Below are positions 37,070 through 44,965 of a DNA stretch of 51,736 nt, one piece after another (positions within the stretch are counted from its first letter, which is position 1; the number at the start of each line of letters is the position of its first letter). The DNA comes from a virus (Duplodnaviria; Caudoviricetes), in IMG/VR virus record IMGVR_UViG_3300043406_000030, positions 1 to 51,736 of that record; one strand, given 5' to 3'. A program made the position numbers and the translations under genes. A model generated the notes under the pieces. That model ran no database searches. It was not told the origin of the DNA and saw only the letters and a list, made by a program, of their open reading frames with translations.

Positions 37070-37098
37070 ACTGTACCTCTTCCATTTGCTTCTGTCAA
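37070..37098 (-). promoter_or_regulatory. Sigma70 early promoter P1
   Basis: TTGACA-17 nt-TACAGT; part of an ~80-bp duplicated promoter/RBS cassette. Confidence 0.8.
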
Positions 37099-37128
37099 GC
37101 ATTATTTTGTGTTTTTCTTTGCCTGTAT

Positions 37129-37141
37129 AATCAACATGTTA
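37129..37141 (+). promoter_or_regulatory. IHF consensus site
   Basis: AATCAACATGTTA matches WATCAANNNNTTR exactly. Confidence 0.45.
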
Positions 37142-37148
37142 GACCCAC

Positions 37149-37189
37149 TTGTTATAAAACCCTGTTTCAATACGCTATAGAGTAATGAG
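37149..37189 (+). promoter_or_regulatory. Putative phage-specific promoter, copy 2
   Basis: TTGTTATAAAACCCTGTTTCAATACGCTATAGAGTA; near-identical to 31301-31340 (-); faces the late arm. Confidence 0.65.
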
Positions 37190-37504
37190 GGATAAGTATT
37201 CAGCCTTAATGTATTCAGCCAAGATCTTGCAAGACATCAAGTAATACATTTACAGGATATTACTTATTGCAAGATCGAGCGAAATGCAATGAAGCGAGAA
37301 CAGTAGATATGGCGATTGTTCACTAGATAGAAGTCATGCATGATTAGACATTACACAGTAAACATTCAGCATGATACAGATTGGGCATTATTCTTAGAGT
37401 ATTATTCAGTGTCATTCGTCTCACCCTCAAGCAAGTCCGTCACAAACATTGCGTAACAATATCTTGCTAGTGTCATGCATGTACGGTCAGCCATGTACAG
37501 ATTG

Positions 37505-37540
37505 CGCAGTACTCGACACGCAGTAGTTGTCACGCAGTAC
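37505..37540. repeat. Three CGCAGTA units at 14-bp period
   Basis: Units start at 37505, 37519 and 37533. Confidence 0.6.
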
Positions 37541-37640
37541 GTGACAGTACTGATGGGTCATACAACTAGGGGCAACCACTCTACGTAGTTTTCATTGGGG
37601 CAATGTGTGGTCAGGTGTTGTGCGGTACATCATTCACCTG

Positions 37641-37710
37641 TACGTATATTTGCCATACGTAGATTTGATGTACGTAGTTTGCTTGTACGTAGTTGTGCTG
37701 TACGTAGTAA
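37641..37710. repeat. Five TACGTA palindromes at exact 15-bp period
   Basis: TACGTA at 37641, 37656, 37671, 37686 and 37701. Confidence 0.85.
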
Positions 37711-37837
37711 CGAGTAGGTAGGCCGGCACCAGGCACACCCCCCGGTGGGTCATGCGGCGTAGGCATGTCACTCTCTCACGGAATTTACAAAAGGGAATAA
37801 TCATGCAAGACCAGTCGGCCATAAACTGAGGACTGCC

Positions 37838-38023
37838 ATGTGGATACTGTTGTTGATTATTTTCGGCGTGGATGGCGATACCTCGGCGGTAGTCGAGAAG
37901 TACGTGACGCAAAAAGAATGTGAAGACACGCGTGACTACGTCAGCGCGGAGATGCGCAAAGCCTACGCAGAAGACACCCAGCGGTTTGAATTACACTGTC
38001 GATTCTATGGAGCAAAAATATGA
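37838..38023 (+). CDS. Small protein with hydrophobic N-terminus
   Basis: GAGG RBS; MWILLLIIF...T.KEC...C. Confidence 0.6.
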   Translation: MWILLLIIFGVDGDTSAVVEKYVTQKECEDTRDYVSAEMRKAYAEDTQRFELHCRFYGAKI

Positions 38024-38376
38024 AGGCATTTGTTGTGCTATTGTGCATCGGCGTGTGGCTGTGCGCGGCGAGTCTCACCAGCGCCGCGACGCTTGAATGG
38101 GACCGCAACACAGAACCCGACATGAAAGATTATCAGGTCTGGGCCTGCTTTACGGCAAACTGCATCGTCATCAAGTCTGCGGCGAACTTGCAACCAGGTC
38201 CCGTAAATCAACCCGCCGCTGGCGTCAATCCTTCCTTCGTCATGGACCTGACGAACAAAGAGGGCGCGGTTGCGGTAAGCGCCCGCGACCAGGCCTTGAA
38301 CGAATCAGGGCTTAGTGTGCCAGTCCCTTTCGACAAACGGGCACCGGCGGTGCCTGCGAACCCGACTCTTCGGTGA
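38020..38376 (+). CDS. Signal-peptide single FN3-like domain protein
   Basis: ...LTSA|ATLEWD.NTEPD..DY.VW...AVSA.D...NES..S; ends APAVPANPTLR. Confidence 0.8.
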   Translation: MKAFVVLLCIGVWLCAASLTSAATLEWDRNTEPDMKDYQVWACFTANCIVIKSAANLQPGPVNQPAAGVNPSFVMDLTNKEGAVAVSARDQALNESGLSVPVPFDKRAPAVPANPTLR

Positions 38377-38431
38377 GTCACAGGGATTTGATGGTGTGCT
38401 TGCGCGACCTCTTGATGCTGTTACAGGCCAA

Positions 38432-39853
38432 ATGATGCGGAACATGATCGCGGCCTTGTCCGTGGCGGTCTGCCTCACAAGTTTGTGGGCGGTCCCGGCA
38501 CAGGCCACACAGCGAGAAGTGGGGAGCGGGCAAACCTACACGACGATTCAAGCCTGCATCAACGCAATGGCGGCCGGCGATGTGTGCAATGTTCATGCGG
38601 GCACCTACACCGAACAGTTGACGCTCAGCAGCGGCACGTCTGGAAATCTCAAGACGATCCAACGAAACGGGAGCGATAGCGTCATTGTCACAAGCACCTC
38701 CTCGCCAGTTGTCTCCTCAAGCAATAATGACTACTGGAAACTTGACGGGCTGGACATCCGCTATACCGGATCAGGAGCAAACCCGTCTGTCATCTTGGAT
38801 ACCTACGACGGCAGCAGCAGCGCGGTCAACGGGTGGACGATCACGAATTGTATTCTTACGCTTGGCGGTACGCCGTCTGGCGACGGGTTTATTGTCTATA
38901 TTGCCGATGCGGGTAACGCGACATTCTCCAACAACGTCACGTCCGTGACGGCAACATCTGGCACGCATGACGGATGGGAATTTCTTGATGCGACAAATCT
39001 AACCATCTCTGGAAATACCCTATCAGGCATCGCGTCAACATCCGGCACACTGGAAGACGGCCTTGTCACAAGCGGGGCGAACCTGACGATTACGAACAAC
39101 ACGCTCAGTGACGGGTGGAGCTACGACAATCACCCCGACGCGATTGTTGTGCAAGGTACGGACTATGGCTCATCAACAAATGGCGTCGTCATCAGCAACA
39201 ACACGATTAAGAACTTCACGCAGGGCATCTACATTGACTGCTTTAGCGCTGATTGCTTAAACATCTCGATCTACAACAACGTCGTGTATGAACAAGACCC
39301 GTTTCAATACGGCGGTTCAACGACAACAATGAACTGCTTGGTGATTGACAGCGAGAACGTCGGCACGATCACGGCAGTGGTTTACAATAACACCTTTGAC
39401 TGTCAGCAACTGAGCGTGTACTACCTGCGCGCCAAAGCCGCGAACACCCTTACGATTAAAAACAACATCATTACGCTGTCCATCTCAAGCCTGGAAAGCA
39501 CAGGGACTGTGACAATGGACTACAACTATTATGTCTACGCCGCATGTGGAAGCAAGATACTGGATTACGGCGGGGCTAATTATTCATTTACTGGCTTCCA
39601 GGGAATAGGGAAAGAAGCCAACGGGTTGTGTACGACAAGCGCCACTCTCTCAATGCCCTCGACCTACATTCCAGACTCTGATGCAAATTCAATCGGGCGC
39701 GGGACTGACCTGTCAGGCGTGTTTACGACAGATCGAGCCGGAACAACGCGAGCAGCGCCGTGGGATATTGGGGCATACGAGTACGTCTCTGGCGCAGCGG
39801 TGGCAAGCCCGCCGCCGACGACAGGTGCCCTTACAATCTTATTACTAAGGTGA
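38432..39853 (+). CDS. Signal-peptide right-handed beta-helix protein
   Basis: Start ATG 38432; ...PAQA|; Y.TIQ......AGD...VH.GTY.E, parallel beta-helix I.NN repeats, WDIGAYEY. Confidence 0.8.
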   Translation: MMRNMIAALSVAVCLTSLWAVPAQATQREVGSGQTYTTIQACINAMAAGDVCNVHAGTYTEQLTLSSGTSGNLKTIQRNGSDSVIVTSTSSPVVSSSNNDYWKLDGLDIRYTGSGANPSVILDTYDGSSSAVNGWTITNCILTLGGTPSGDGFIVYIADAGNATFSNNVTSVTATSGTHDGWEFLDATNLTISGNTLSGIASTSGTLEDGLVTSGANLTITNNTLSDGWSYDNHPDAIVVQGTDYGSSTNGVVISNNTIKNFTQGIYIDCFSADCLNISIYNNVVYEQDPFQYGGSTTTMNCLVIDSENVGTITAVVYNNTFDCQQLSVYYLRAKAANTLTIKNNIITLSISSLESTGTVTMDYNYYVYAACGSKILDYGGANYSFTGFQGIGKEANGLCTTSATLSMPSTYIPDSDANSIGRGTDLSGVFTTDRAGTTRAAPWDIGAYEYVSGAAVASPPPTTGALTILLLR

Positions 39854-39917
39854 GCTATGACGCTAGAAAAAGCAATCAAACAGGCGTTTAAACGTTTAGC
39901 AAAAAAGGGGAAGTAAT

Positions 39918-40286
39918 ATGGCGCTGCGCACGATAGACATTCCCACGCGAAACTACACTCAAGGGTCGTCGAGCATTGCTGCGTCGTCCATCGTTGCAGG
40001 CGCCAAAACGCTGGAAATCAGTCTTGATGTCACGAACTGGACGAACAAGTTAACCGTTATAGATATCGCCATGGAGTTTTCGCTTGACAATCAAGCCACG
40101 TGGCAACCAGGTGGGCGAGCTCCGTTGCAAAGTCGCGCTGATGGGACATTTCGAGATTATCGCGGCAATATTTTGACGGTTGTGAAAGCCAAATTCAGTT
40201 GGCCTGAAGGCGTCACGCACGCACGAGGAAACGTCAGCATCAACGGCTCGAACGTGCGCACAGGCGGCACGGTGGAGATCTCGTAA
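39918..40286 (+). CDS. Putative structural beta-sandwich protein
   Basis: GGGG RBS; EFSLDN..TW motif. Confidence 0.6.
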   Translation: MALRTIDIPTRNYTQGSSSIAASSIVAGAKTLEISLDVTNWTNKLTVIDIAMEFSLDNQATWQPGGRAPLQSRADGTFRDYRGNILTVVKAKFSWPEGVTHARGNVSINGSNVRTGGTVEIS

Positions 40287-40984
40287 TGGCGCTGACACTC
40301 GGAGTACACGCTATCGCGTCAACCTCTAGCGGGACAACCGCAACCACGGCGGCAATTACGACGCAAGCATCTGGGTCGGGGCTAGAAGTTGTCATTAACT
40401 ATGACAGCACGACCCAAACATTCACGTCCGTCACGGACTCGAAAAGCAATACCTGGACGCAGATTGGGTCTGAGATAAAAGATTCAGGCACCGTCGTGGC
40501 GATGCGGCGGTACAGATGTGCCAACGCGACTGGAGGGGCAAGTCATACGTTTACCTTGACGTGCAGCGGTTCAAGCGCGTGCGGCATTGCCGTGATCGAG
40601 ATAAAGACAACCAACGGGGTCGGTGTCACGCTAGATCAAGAAGGCGCGCAGCAAGACGATAGCTCACCGTTTACGTCAACGTCTGAAACCACCACCGTTG
40701 CCGACGAATTCATGATCGGCGCATTTACATGCACTGGGGATTCTGGCACCTACACGCACACCTGGGGCAACAGCTTTACGCTATCAAACGAGGAGACGAG
40801 CGATATCTATTTTGCGTTAAGTACGTGTTATCGAATTGTCACGGCTACGGGAACGTACAACACAACCGTCACCGTTACACCAACTGGCGTAAAGAGCGTG
40901 AACTCACTCGACACATTCAGTGAAGCGGCGGCAGGAGGCGGGGGAATCGTTCAGCGCATGATGATGATGGGAATGGGGAGATAA
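40286..40984 (+). CDS. Thr/Ser-rich beta protein
   Basis: SVTDS..NTW motif; ends QRMMMMGMGR. Confidence 0.7.
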   Translation: MALTLGVHAIASTSSGTTATTAAITTQASGSGLEVVINYDSTTQTFTSVTDSKSNTWTQIGSEIKDSGTVVAMRRYRCANATGGASHTFTLTCSGSSACGIAVIEIKTTNGVGVTLDQEGAQQDDSSPFTSTSETTTVADEFMIGAFTCTGDSGTYTHTWGNSFTLSNEETSDIYFALSTCYRIVTATGTYNTTVTVTPTGVKSVNSLDTFSEAAAGGGGIVQRMMMMGMGR

Positions 40985-41130
40985 TGCTTACTTTTCTTGT
41001 GCCAGGAGTCGGGATGGGAGCGAGCAACAGTGACGCCGCACACAGCGCGCCACTGCGCCTCATGATGATGGGAATTGGGCGCGTCTGGTGGATTCCGTTT
41101 CTTTTATTAACAGGGGCATGGCATGGCTGA
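40984..41130 (+). CDS. Micropeptide (48 aa; not in ORF track)
   Basis: TAATG coupling; MLTFLVPGVGMGAS...LRLMMMGIGRVWWIPFLLLTGAWHG. Confidence 0.55.
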   Translation: MLTFLVPGVGMGASNSDAAHSAPLRLMMMGIGRVWWIPFLLLTGAWHG

Positions 41131-42514
41131 TAATGTAACCTTAGATCCTGGTGTAGGTGGCGCAACGATCGCCACAGACGACGACGGAACCGCGCAACAT
41201 CAATATGTCAAGGTGGAGTTTGGTGCGGACAATACACAAACCAAAGTTACCAGCTCAGTTGGCTTGCCGACTGACCCGCTCGATAGGGCTGCTCGCGATT
41301 GCGGAAAAGTCGATATCGCAATGGGGCAGGTCGCGCACGATGCCGCCGCCGCAGCGATCGACCCAATTTTGGCGGGGGGATACGCAAGCGCCGCAGCCCC
41401 GACGAGCGTGTCGGCTGACGGCGACGCGGTGCAGGCGTGGTACCTACGCAACGGCGCTGCCGCAACAGTCGTAACCGCTGCCGGCGCGTTAATTGGCGGT
41501 GACGCGGCAAACGGGCTGGATGTCGATGTGACGCGCGTAGGCGGAACGGTCGCAGTGACCCAGTCCGGCACGTGGGATGAAGTCGGCATCAACGATAGCG
41601 GCAACTCTATTACCGTCGATAACGGCGGCACGTTTGTTGTCCAAGAAAACGGCGCGGCGCTGACCGCGTTACAAGTGATCGACAACCCCGTTGTGGTAGA
41701 TGATGCTGCATTTACCCCCGCAACGACTTCGGTAATGATGGCGGGCTTTGAGTTTGACGACTCGACCCCCGACAGCGTCAACGAAGGCGACGCAGGCGCC
41801 GCGCGCATGAGCGCCAACCGCAACATTTACACCACGATTCGAGACGCAGCAGGAAACGAGCGCGGGTTGAACGTCGCGGCTGATGGCTCGATTGCCATTA
41901 CGGTTGCGTCGGTGCCTTCCCATGCCGTGACGAATGCCGGCACATTCGCGGTGCAAGTCGATGGCGCAGCGTTGACCGCCGTGCAAAAGATTGACGACCC
42001 CGTGCTGGTTGACGATGCCGCATTCACGCCTGCAACATCTAGCGTGATGATGGCAGGGTTCGAAGCCGACGAAGGCTCGACTGACAGCGTGGATGAAGGC
42101 GACGCTGGCGCGGCCCGCATGACACTTGACCGCAAGCAGATCGTCACCACGCAACCGCATACCACTGGCGGGCTGGAGACGTTCAGGAGCATTGACCTTG
42201 ACGAGACTGAAGAGGACATCAAGACAAGCGCCGGTCAGATATACGGCATGTGGGTGACGAACACCACGACGGCGACCGTCTGGTTGAAGTTTTACAATCT
42301 AACCGCAGCTAATACGACCGTAGGATCTTCTACCCCGAAGATTACCGTCGGCATCCCAGGCAACACGAGCGACGATGTCGCGGGTCTGTTTGCTTCTGGA
42401 AACGGGATTAAGTTTGACACAGCCATCTGTGCCGCTGCAACGACAGGCGTGGCCGACGCCGACACCGGCGCTCCGTCTGCGAACGCGCTCATCATTAACG
42501 TCTTCTATATGTAA
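41123..42514 (+). CDS. Fibre/spike-like protein with internal ~65-aa duplication
   Basis: MADN..L..G.GG..IATDD...HQ.VK N-terminus; DDAAFTPAT.SVMMAGFE...EGDAGAARM occurs twice; IKTSAG..YG...LKFYN C-terminal domain. Confidence 0.75.
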   Translation: MADNVTLDPGVGGATIATDDDGTAQHQYVKVEFGADNTQTKVTSSVGLPTDPLDRAARDCGKVDIAMGQVAHDAAAAAIDPILAGGYASAAAPTSVSADGDAVQAWYLRNGAAATVVTAAGALIGGDAANGLDVDVTRVGGTVAVTQSGTWDEVGINDSGNSITVDNGGTFVVQENGAALTALQVIDNPVVVDDAAFTPATTSVMMAGFEFDDSTPDSVNEGDAGAARMSANRNIYTTIRDAAGNERGLNVAADGSIAITVASVPSHAVTNAGTFAVQVDGAALTAVQKIDDPVLVDDAAFTPATSSVMMAGFEADEGSTDSVDEGDAGAARMTLDRKQIVTTQPHTTGGLETFRSIDLDETEEDIKTSAGQIYGMWVTNTTTATVWLKFYNLTAANTTVGSSTPKITVGIPGNTSDDVAGLFASGNGIKFDTAICAAATTGVADADTGAPSANALIINVFYM

Positions 42515-42521
42515 GGTGAGC

Positions 42522-42887
42522 ATGCAAAAAACACCCCCGCTGAAGACGAACATCTACCCGAACCAAAAGAACGCGACGCTCTGGGACAGGCTGAAGGTCG
42601 CGTATAGAGTGATCGTTCACAAAGAGTTTTTCCCTGCTCCCTATGACTGGTACGAGAAGCTGTACCCCGTCGTGAGTAGCCAGTACTCGCACTTTGCCTC
42701 GCAAGCCGTGGACAAGGCAGAGCGAGAATTTGTGCACCAGCCTGGCACGCAAGATCTTCGCAAGAAGGAAGCCGTGCAGTGGTTGCGGCATTACGCAGAC
42801 GCCGCAGGCAAGAGTGCAGATATTCCGGCGTGGCAAGCAAACTTCCTGGTTGAATGGTGGGTCTTGCGTAGAAAAGGGCTGCTGTAA
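42522..42887 (+). CDS. Hypothetical protein
   Basis: AAGGTG RBS; start reassigned to ATG 42522. Confidence 0.55.
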   Translation: MQKTPPLKTNIYPNQKNATLWDRLKVAYRVIVHKEFFPAPYDWYEKLYPVVSSQYSHFASQAVDKAEREFVHQPGTQDLRKKEAVQWLRHYADAAGKSADIPAWQANFLVEWWVLRRKGLL

Positions 42888-43006
42888 TGTTGCTGTGGAT
42901 TGGCGGACTCGGGATGGGCGGGAGTAGTACCGCAGAATCGGATGCTGACTCCATTTACATTCATCGCAAAACCTACCGCATTATGACACGTGACTTGGTG
43001 GTGTAG
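42887..43006 (+). CDS. Micropeptide (39 aa; not in ORF track)
   Basis: TAATG coupling; MLLWIGGLGMGGS resembles the N-terminus of the 40984 peptide. Confidence 0.5.
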   Translation: MLLWIGGLGMGGSSTAESDADSIYIHRKTYRIMTRDLVV

Positions 43007-43014
43007 AGGGTATA

Positions 43015-43347
43015 ATGGAATTGCCTGAACTAATTTCGCAAGGGTTACAGCGGTTACAGCAAGGACAGATGCAGCAAGGCGCGTTCGATGTCGAAGCGCA
43101 TCATAGGAACATGCTGGAGACTGGTCCGTTTGCCGAAGCAAAGAAGCGACACGCGGTATGGACGCAAGGCTCATTGCGTGACGAGCAGGCTGCCGTCGCA
43201 CAAGCAGCAGTAGAAGCTGACTCGGAGTTTCCTATTGTGCGTGCGTTAGCCTGGTCAGATCTTAAATACGGTATGGAAAAATCGAGGGGCAACTTTGACG
43301 CGGCAATGCGCCACGCTGGACTAGGCCAGCCTAAAAAGAGGCAGTAA
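43015..43347 (+). CDS. Hypothetical protein
   Basis: GAGGG RBS; 110 aa. Confidence 0.6.
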   Translation: MELPELISQGLQRLQQGQMQQGAFDVEAHHRNMLETGPFAEAKKRHAVWTQGSLRDEQAAVAQAAVEADSEFPIVRALAWSDLKYGMEKSRGNFDAAMRHAGLGQPKKRQ

Positions 43348-43353
43348 GCGATA

Positions 43354-43515
43354 ATGCCTAGATACGATTTTAAGTGCCCCGTGTGCCTGTACGTGTTTGA
43401 AGCCATCGTGCCTGTCGTTGTCACGCAGCGGCAATGCCCGGCGTGTGAAGTTAACGAAGAATTTATGCTGGCTGACAGACAGCTTCCGAAGCCGTCAGTT
43501 ATTCAAGTGCATTAA
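43354..43515 (+). CDS. FmdB-like zinc-ribbon protein (not in ORF track)
   Basis: MPRYDFKCPVC...FE...CPAC. Confidence 0.75.
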   Translation: MPRYDFKCPVCLYVFEAIVPVVVTQRQCPACEVNEEFMLADRQLPKPSVIQVH

Positions 43516-43523
43516 GGAGAGCT

Positions 43524-43805
43524 ATGTCAGAACAAGAGCAGTCAAAGTCGTTCATTGTGAACCTTGCGGCTATTGCGTTTATTTTGCTATTTGCCGGCGT
43601 CATCGCTGCGTTGTTTCTGACCGACGTGCCGACCGGCAACGACGGCACGCTAAAAGAGATGCTTGTGACGTTGCGTGACTCTATCATCTTCATTGTTGGA
43701 TTTCTCTTTGGGTCTAGCATGGGTGGACGCATTAAAGACGCCTTCAAAGGTGAGTCTGAAAAAGTTGTTGCCGACAAAACTATTTCAGTGGAGGAGAAGA
43801 AATGA
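43524..43805 (+). CDS. Holin-like two-TM protein
   Basis: AAGGAG RBS; two TM helices; FLFGSS.G...K motif. Confidence 0.6.
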   Translation: MSEQEQSKSFIVNLAAIAFILLFAGVIAALFLTDVPTGNDGTLKEMLVTLRDSIIFIVGFLFGSSMGGRIKDAFKGESEKVVADKTISVEEKK

Positions 43806-44026
43806 CAAAACTTACATATGCGTTTGTTGCGTTGTGGGCCTTGACAATTACAGGGTGTTCGGCGATGGGATTCGCGCAAGCTCGTGCGGAGATTAAAGCT
43901 GCATTGTCCGCACAAGCCGCCGGCACGTACAACGTCGAGATTCGTAAAGACGGAAACGTGTTGGTCACAGAAACGTGGGTGTGTGCAAAAGGCATTGACG
44001 ACAAGCTTGATTGTAAAAAGGGGTAA
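43802..44026 (+). CDS. Lipoprotein (possible spanin component)
   Basis: GGAGG RBS; lipobox-like ITG|C; coupled to the holin-like gene. Confidence 0.6.
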   Translation: MTKLTYAFVALWALTITGCSAMGFAQARAEIKAALSAQAAGTYNVEIRKDGNVLVTETWVCAKGIDDKLDCKKG

Positions 44027-44027
44027 C

Positions 44028-44396
44028 ATGTTTAAACCTGGCGACGTGGTGTACATAGAAGACAGCGCCGGCGAAGACGTGGCCGGTCATGCGTGGCCGC
44101 ACATAGAAACGTGGCGCGAAGCTGTTGTGCGTGGTATTGCCCCGTTTTCGTATGGTCGCGAAGCCCTGCCCGAAAGCGAGGTTGTGTACGCGCTGGAATG
44201 GCCCGAAGAATTTTCTGGAGGGCATACCTGCCAAAACATGTGTGAGGGCAGGCGTGGGCACTTTGTGTCAGGCAAGCATCTCACGTTGCAGTTTGAAAAA
44301 AGCAGGCAAGTCAGCACGGTGCCAAACATCGTCAACGCTCCATATCACAAGCTTATATATGAAGAAGGTACGTTACAAAACCAAATCAAACGCTAA
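44028..44396 (+). CDS. Hypothetical protein (SH3/KOW-like start)
   Basis: AGGGG RBS; MFKPGDVV; GH.C...C motif. Confidence 0.6.
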   Translation: MFKPGDVVYIEDSAGEDVAGHAWPHIETWREAVVRGIAPFSYGREALPESEVVYALEWPEEFSGGHTCQNMCEGRRGHFVSGKHLTLQFEKSRQVSTVPNIVNAPYHKLIYEEGTLQNQIKR

Positions 44397-44958
44397 GACC
44401 GCTCCTGCGGTGCCTTCTCCGGGGCCGGCATCCCTCCAAGACCCGGCCCCCTTATCTCCTCTCGCTAAACGCGGGAGGGGCCGCCCGCGTAAAGTTGACC
44501 CCTTCAAGCCTCTTGATGGATCTAAAGACCCAGAAACAGAGGCAAAGGCGTTAACGGTCTTTAGGCGCATGGCGGCTGACGCGGAGAAACTTGGCATGAC
44601 CCAGCCCGAGTTCGATGGCGGCGGCACCAAACAGGATGCCCACACCATCACGAAGGAAGGCTTGGAACGCCGAGTAGCGCGTCGTCTGAACGTCCTCGAC
44701 CGATTCCTCACCGACGACAAGCTGATCGAACTGCTGTCGTTCTCCTCGTTGAAGGAGATCGGGATATATGAGGGTATTATGTTAGACAAGTCCCTGGTTC
44801 TCAAGGGTCAGCCTAACGTAATCATCGGCAACGAGGACCGCCAGGCGATCGACAACGCTCTGCCTAGACTCATGGATGAACTCAAACGCCGAGGACTGGT
44901 TGCGCACGCACGCGAACGCTCGGTAGAAATACGCACGGTGGATTCGCCAGATAAATAA
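44359..44958 (+). CDS. Putative terminase small subunit with AT-hook
   Basis: Directly upstream of TerL; KRGRGRPRK; GI..DK...L.GQP..I motif. Confidence 0.55.
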   Translation: MKKVRYKTKSNAKTAPAVPSPGPASLQDPAPLSPLAKRGRGRPRKVDPFKPLDGSKDPETEAKALTVFRRMAADAEKLGMTQPEFDGGGTKQDAHTITKEGLERRVARRLNVLDRFLTDDKLIELLSFSSLKEIGIYEGIMLDKSLVLKGQPNVIIGNEDRQAIDNALPRLMDELKRRGLVAHARERSVEIRTVDSPDK

Positions 44959-44965
44959 GAGGTGT

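Noticed and set aside
37500-37710. CRISPR array
   Set aside because: Units are only 14-15 bp with no unique spacers; no cas operon (the Cas4-like nuclease sits in the replication module)
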